Shown one piece after another: positions 54,362 to 57,295 of a stretch of DNA of 57,295 bases. Where the stretch lies: positions 1-57,295 of the IMG/VR virus record IMGVR_UViG_3300010158_000080; one strand, written 5' to 3'. The translations under genes and the position numbers were made by a program. Each line of letters begins with the position of its first letter. Within the stretch, counting starts at the first letter, position 1. This DNA is from a virus (Duplodnaviria > Caudoviricetes). The notes beneath the pieces are model-generated. The model made no database searches and was not told where the DNA came from. It saw only the letters and a list, made by a program, of their open reading frames with translations.

Positions 54362-54616
54362 TCAGCACTTTCCGCCGCGCTGGAAATGGTCAGCAACACC
54401 CTTGCCAATGCCATGATCCGGTGCGCCTTGCATTCCGTTGTGCGCCGCAGAGCGGGCGCTGTCGGGCAAAACATCATGCTTCATGCCGCGATCAGGATGC
54501 GAAGCCGTGCGGCCCGGATAAGCACCAACGCCAAAATTCCCCTTGGAACCGGCCCCAGCCATATCCTTGTGGGCATTCATGCCGGTGGTTTCGAGTTTCT
54601 TGCTGCCATAAGCCAT
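54362..54616 (-). CDS. Small G/H/M-rich protein
   Basis: GGAG RBS; MAYGSKKLETTGMNAHKDM... Confidence 0.6.
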   Translation of the reverse strand: MAYGSKKLETTGMNAHKDMAGAGSKGNFGVGAYPGRTASHPDRGMKHDVLPDSARSAAHNGMQGAPDHGIGKGVADHFQRGGKC

Positions 54617-54664
54617 AAGAGTTCTCCAGATCAGGTTCAAATCAGTTGACGCCGGAAACTACCA

Positions 54665-54886
54665 TTAATCCGCCGGTAGGTCCATATCCCGCATACAGAC
54701 CAATTCAAAAGGCTCCCCATCAAGGATACCTGTCCACCGCCAGTGCGCATGTGGGGCGCAAGGTGTATCACCAATGTCCCGCTGCGCATGAGGCTTGGTA
54801 AACATCATCTGCCCCAGCGCAAACAGCCCGAACCCATAAATGAACAGCAAAACAGCAATTCTAAGGGCTTCAATAATCCGTTGCAT
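54665..54886 (-). CDS. Small membrane protein
   Basis: One TM segment; two Cys. Confidence 0.5.
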   Translation of the reverse strand: MQRIIEALRIAVLLFIYGFGLFALGQMMFTKPHAQRDIGDTPCAPHAHWRWTGILDGEPFELVCMRDMDLPAD

Positions 54887-54917
54887 GTCAAAACAATACC
54901 CCCGCCACGCGCAAATG

Positions 54918-54950
54918 AAAAGGGCCGGGGTTGCCCCCAGCCCTTTTTTT
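54918..54950. terminator. Bidirectional-looking intrinsic terminator after the major capsid gene
   Basis: AAAAGGGCCGGGG-TTG-CCCCCAGCCCTTTTTTT. Confidence 0.75.
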
Positions 54951-54973
54951 AGATCAGCCGTTACTGATTGGCG

Positions 54974-55894
54974 TCAAATCCCCGGTGTTCCGAAATACGA
55001 GCGCCAGTCCGTGACACCACAAGAAAATCGCATATATTGTGCGGCTTTCGCGTTACGTGTGTCGAATTCGTTGTCTGTGTCAAAGATAGGCTTATCGCGC
55101 CACATGAAACGCGCTCCGTAAGGGGCGTTGGTTTTGATGAACCACGAGGTTGCCGAGGTGAGGTAGTGGTTGGTCAGAATGCCGTCGGGGAACATGCCCG
55201 AAGCCTTGATGACGTTCACCGCGTTGTTGGCCGTGTCGTTTTGCAGCACCGAATTGATGATGCGATTTGCGTCGAACCAGTTGGCTGGCGAGATGCCGAG
55301 CGCCTTGGGGATCAGGCTGATCTTGTTGCCACGATAGTCGGTGGCTTGCATGATCTGAATGCCCAAATCTTCAATAGCGGTTTCGGACAAGTCGGCGCTG
55401 GTGGCCAGCAAGTTCGATTGGTTGCCGGTTAGCGTTGGGTGGGTGGACGAAATGAACGCCTGACCATCGCCAATCGGATAGGCCGAATTGAACGCCTGAT
55501 TGAACACGTTCGCAGCGACGATTTCCTCGGTCTGCCGGCCAGCAAAGGCAAGCATCGCCGCACGGCGCTTCGAAACGACTTCGTACAGGTTGTCGCGCAG
55601 CTCTTCGAAGGTGACGATGTAGCCACCAGCATACGCAACGTGCGTGTACCGAGTGACTGCGCCCTGCACTTCTGCGTCATAGTTCAGAGCAGCGCCCTGA
55701 TCCTTTTCACGCAGAACGCCGAAGCCGCTGATTTCAACGTCCTCTTCATAGGCCTTGTCCGAAGATTCAACCTCGAACCATTCGGGATATTCCTGCGCGT
55801 GTTCGTCGTATTGACGACCCCACCACGTTTGAATACCGGGCCAAAGGGCTTTGGGGTGTGCGCCAGTTGTAATGACGCCGCCAACAGTAGCCAT
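54974..55894 (-). CDS. Major capsid protein
   Basis: KALWPG..WWG..Y, SDKAYEE, RYTH..YA.G..VT.E..DNLY, NHYLTS..SWF.KT, DNEFDT.N.K; strong AAGGAG RBS followed by a terminator. Confidence 0.85.
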   Translation of the reverse strand: MATVGGVITTGAHPKALWPGIQTWWGRQYDEHAQEYPEWFEVESSDKAYEEDVEISGFGVLREKDQGAALNYDAEVQGAVTRYTHVAYAGGYIVTFEELRDNLYEVVSKRRAAMLAFAGRQTEEIVAANVFNQAFNSAYPIGDGQAFISSTHPTLTGNQSNLLATSADLSETAIEDLGIQIMQATDYRGNKISLIPKALGISPANWFDANRIINSVLQNDTANNAVNVIKASGMFPDGILTNHYLTSATSWFIKTNAPYGARFMWRDKPIFDTDNEFDTRNAKAAQYMRFSCGVTDWRSYFGTPGI

Positions 55895-55924
55895 AATGTG
55901 TACTCCTTCAAAATTGTTGGCGGA

Positions 55925-56527
55925 TCAAACGCCCGAAGTGGACCAGAGCGACGGCAAGTTGATGCGGACCACCCAATCGGCATTGGTGCCGATGGCGTTG
56001 TCAGGACCGCGCAACAGGCCGACGATGCGAACCTGATAGGTCGCATTGGCCGATGCCGAAACGGACGAGCTTTGCAATTGCCAGCCAGAAAACCCGGTTA
56101 CGGTCGAACCCGTACCAGCGACGAGGTTACCGTTGGCGAAGCCACCAGTTGCAGCCGCGATGGCACCGCCTACGCTATCTTCCTGCACAGCATAGAGCTG
56201 GTTGGGATCGTCGCAAATAAAGCCATAGTTCAGGATGGAAGCCTGCCGGTAAACCGGAAGGTCGCGGGTCAGCGTCGATTGCGAACCTTGCGGCCCATTG
56301 CAGACGCCGATAAAGCCGCCAAGGACGTTGTTGCCAGCGCCGGCGGTAGCGATGCCCACAAGGGGGACACCAAAAGCATCAGTGCCGCCAAGCGGAACCA
56401 ATGGATCGCCAAGAAAAATGTTGGTGGCCTGTGAGGCCGGAAAACAAACCATACGGCCCTGACCGGACCAAGGTGTGCCATTGTCATTGATTGGGCGAAT
56501 GCCCTGCGGGAAATTGCTGTTTGCCAT
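55925..56527 (-). CDS. Putative capsid decoration/minor head protein
   Basis: MAN...P.G.RP...IFLGDP...DDP..LY.VQ...GST.TG.SG; immediately upstream of MCP. Confidence 0.7.
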   Translation of the reverse strand: MANSNFPQGIRPINDNGTPWSGQGRMVCFPASQATNIFLGDPLVPLGGTDAFGVPLVGIATAGAGNNVLGGFIGVCNGPQGSQSTLTRDLPVYRQASILNYGFICDDPNQLYAVQEDSVGGAIAAATGGFANGNLVAGTGSTVTGFSGWQLQSSSVSASANATYQVRIVGLLRGPDNAIGTNADWVVRINLPSLWSTSGV

Positions 56528-56618
56528 AGCGGCGAATCCTTAAGAAAGGGTTGCACGGGGTTTTGGCGATAGTCGCCTGCCTGTGATCTTGCCTAAGAAC
56601 TCGCCGCCAGTGGCGGGA

Positions 56619-57295
56619 TTAGTTGCGCTCGACCTGCAGCGGACCTGCCTGCGCGTCGGTCGGATCGTAAAACTTGCCCTTATCGGCAGGTTTAGCCTGA
56701 CCCGGCTTGGACGAGAAGGGGGACGATTTCAGGGCGTCAACCTTGTCCGATGCAGCTTCGTGCCTTGCTGCCATATCCTCCAGCCAAAAGACTTCGGGAA
56801 TTTCCATCGCATAAGCGTAGAGCGCGCCCTTGTCTCGGCCAGTGCCTACGCAGCGAGCGATTGGTTTGCCGTCAGTGCCTTTGACATGCGCCCAACCGTT
56901 ATTGATTGCTTCACCGACCCGTCCTGCGGTGTCGTTAAACCAGTGCCGATGATAACCTGTTCGCGCCGGAAGTGCAAGCTTCTGTGAATAAGCTCCGATT
57001 GGTTTGCGAAAAGAGCGGATGCGCGCAATTTCAGCCGCCAAATCATCGGGATTTTGATTGGCTTCTTCTGCCATGTGTTCGATGATTTCACGGTCGACCG
57101 AGCCGCCTTGTTCAGTTGGCAAAGAACCATGCCGAACAGTCTTGGCAAATTGCGTCTGAAACCCGGCGCGCTTTTCCGGTTCTGCCGCCGGTTCATCAGC
57201 AGGCGAGTAAAAGCCGCCGGTCGCACCTTCCATTGGAGCAGTTGCGGCTGCCGACTTGGGCGCTGGCGCACCAGCGGCGCGGGATTTGTTGAGAG
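56619..57295 (-). CDS. Conserved head-module protein (5' end truncated by the window end)
   Basis: The frame stays open from ATG 57233 to the window edge; PARTGYHRHWFND..GRV..A...GW...VG......AYAMEIP..FWLED. Confidence 0.7.
   Translation of the reverse strand, partial: LNKSRAAGAPAPKSAAATAPMEGATGGFYSPADEPAAEPEKRAGFQTQFAKTVRHGSLPTEQGGSVDREIIEHMAEEANQNPDDLAAEIARIRSFRKPIGAYSQKLALPARTGYHRHWFNDTAGRVGEAINNGWAHVKGTDGKPIARCVGTGRDKGALYAYAMEIPEVFWLEDMAARHEAASDKVDALKSSPFSSKPGQAKPADKGKFYDPTDAQAGPLQVERN

Noticed and set aside
1-57295. tRNA genes, integrase, DNA/RNA polymerase, reverse transcriptase/DGR, alternative genetic code
   Set aside because: No cloverleaf or catalytic motifs seen by eye. Genes are intact and tightly coupled under the standard code. 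tRNAscan and HMM searches would be needed to exclude these formally.

Overview
The window is a nearly complete, circularly permuted ~57 kb dsDNA tailed phage genome with P22-like podovirus morphogenesis genes. The host is very probably an alphaproteobacterium: it carries GapR/DUF2312- and GcrA-like genes and a sphingomonad-type SSB. Minus-strand head/packaging genes are scaffold (cut at the window start), GroES, portal, TerL, endolysin and TerS. A minus-strand replication and accessory operon carries a Cro-like HTH, GapR, DUF1064, DnaB, an initiator with iterons, a PAPS-reductase-like protein and a C5-MTase-like protein. A plus-strand recombination operon carries ERF, YqaJ exonuclease, DUF1367, an N6-MTase, an ACP-like protein, SSB and an AlpA/Xis-like protein. 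The minus-strand virion module has the capsid, adaptor, gp10-like hub, ejection proteins, a tailspike and membrane lysis genes, plus a 4307-aa polyvalent lysozyme/MTase/SNF2-helicase/HExxH protein. I found no integrase, CI repressor, tRNA or CRISPR array. Best leads: (1) an 83-aa TnpV-like gene with a TAAGGAG RBS overprinted in the +1 frame inside the giant ejection gene, just before its DarB-like domains, with a possible second nested gene; (2) a sulfotransferase-like/GNAT fusion at the head of the ejection-protein cluster; (3) an acyl-carrier-protein-like gene; (4) a structured non-coding locus with its own promoter at 13.4-13.76 kb; (5) recurrent RBS/start-occluding leader stems on virion genes; (6) a copy of the tailspike anchor domain in a non-tail gene; (7) direct-repeat scars around the C5-MTase cassette. 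All family calls come from motif recognition by eye, not from database searches.
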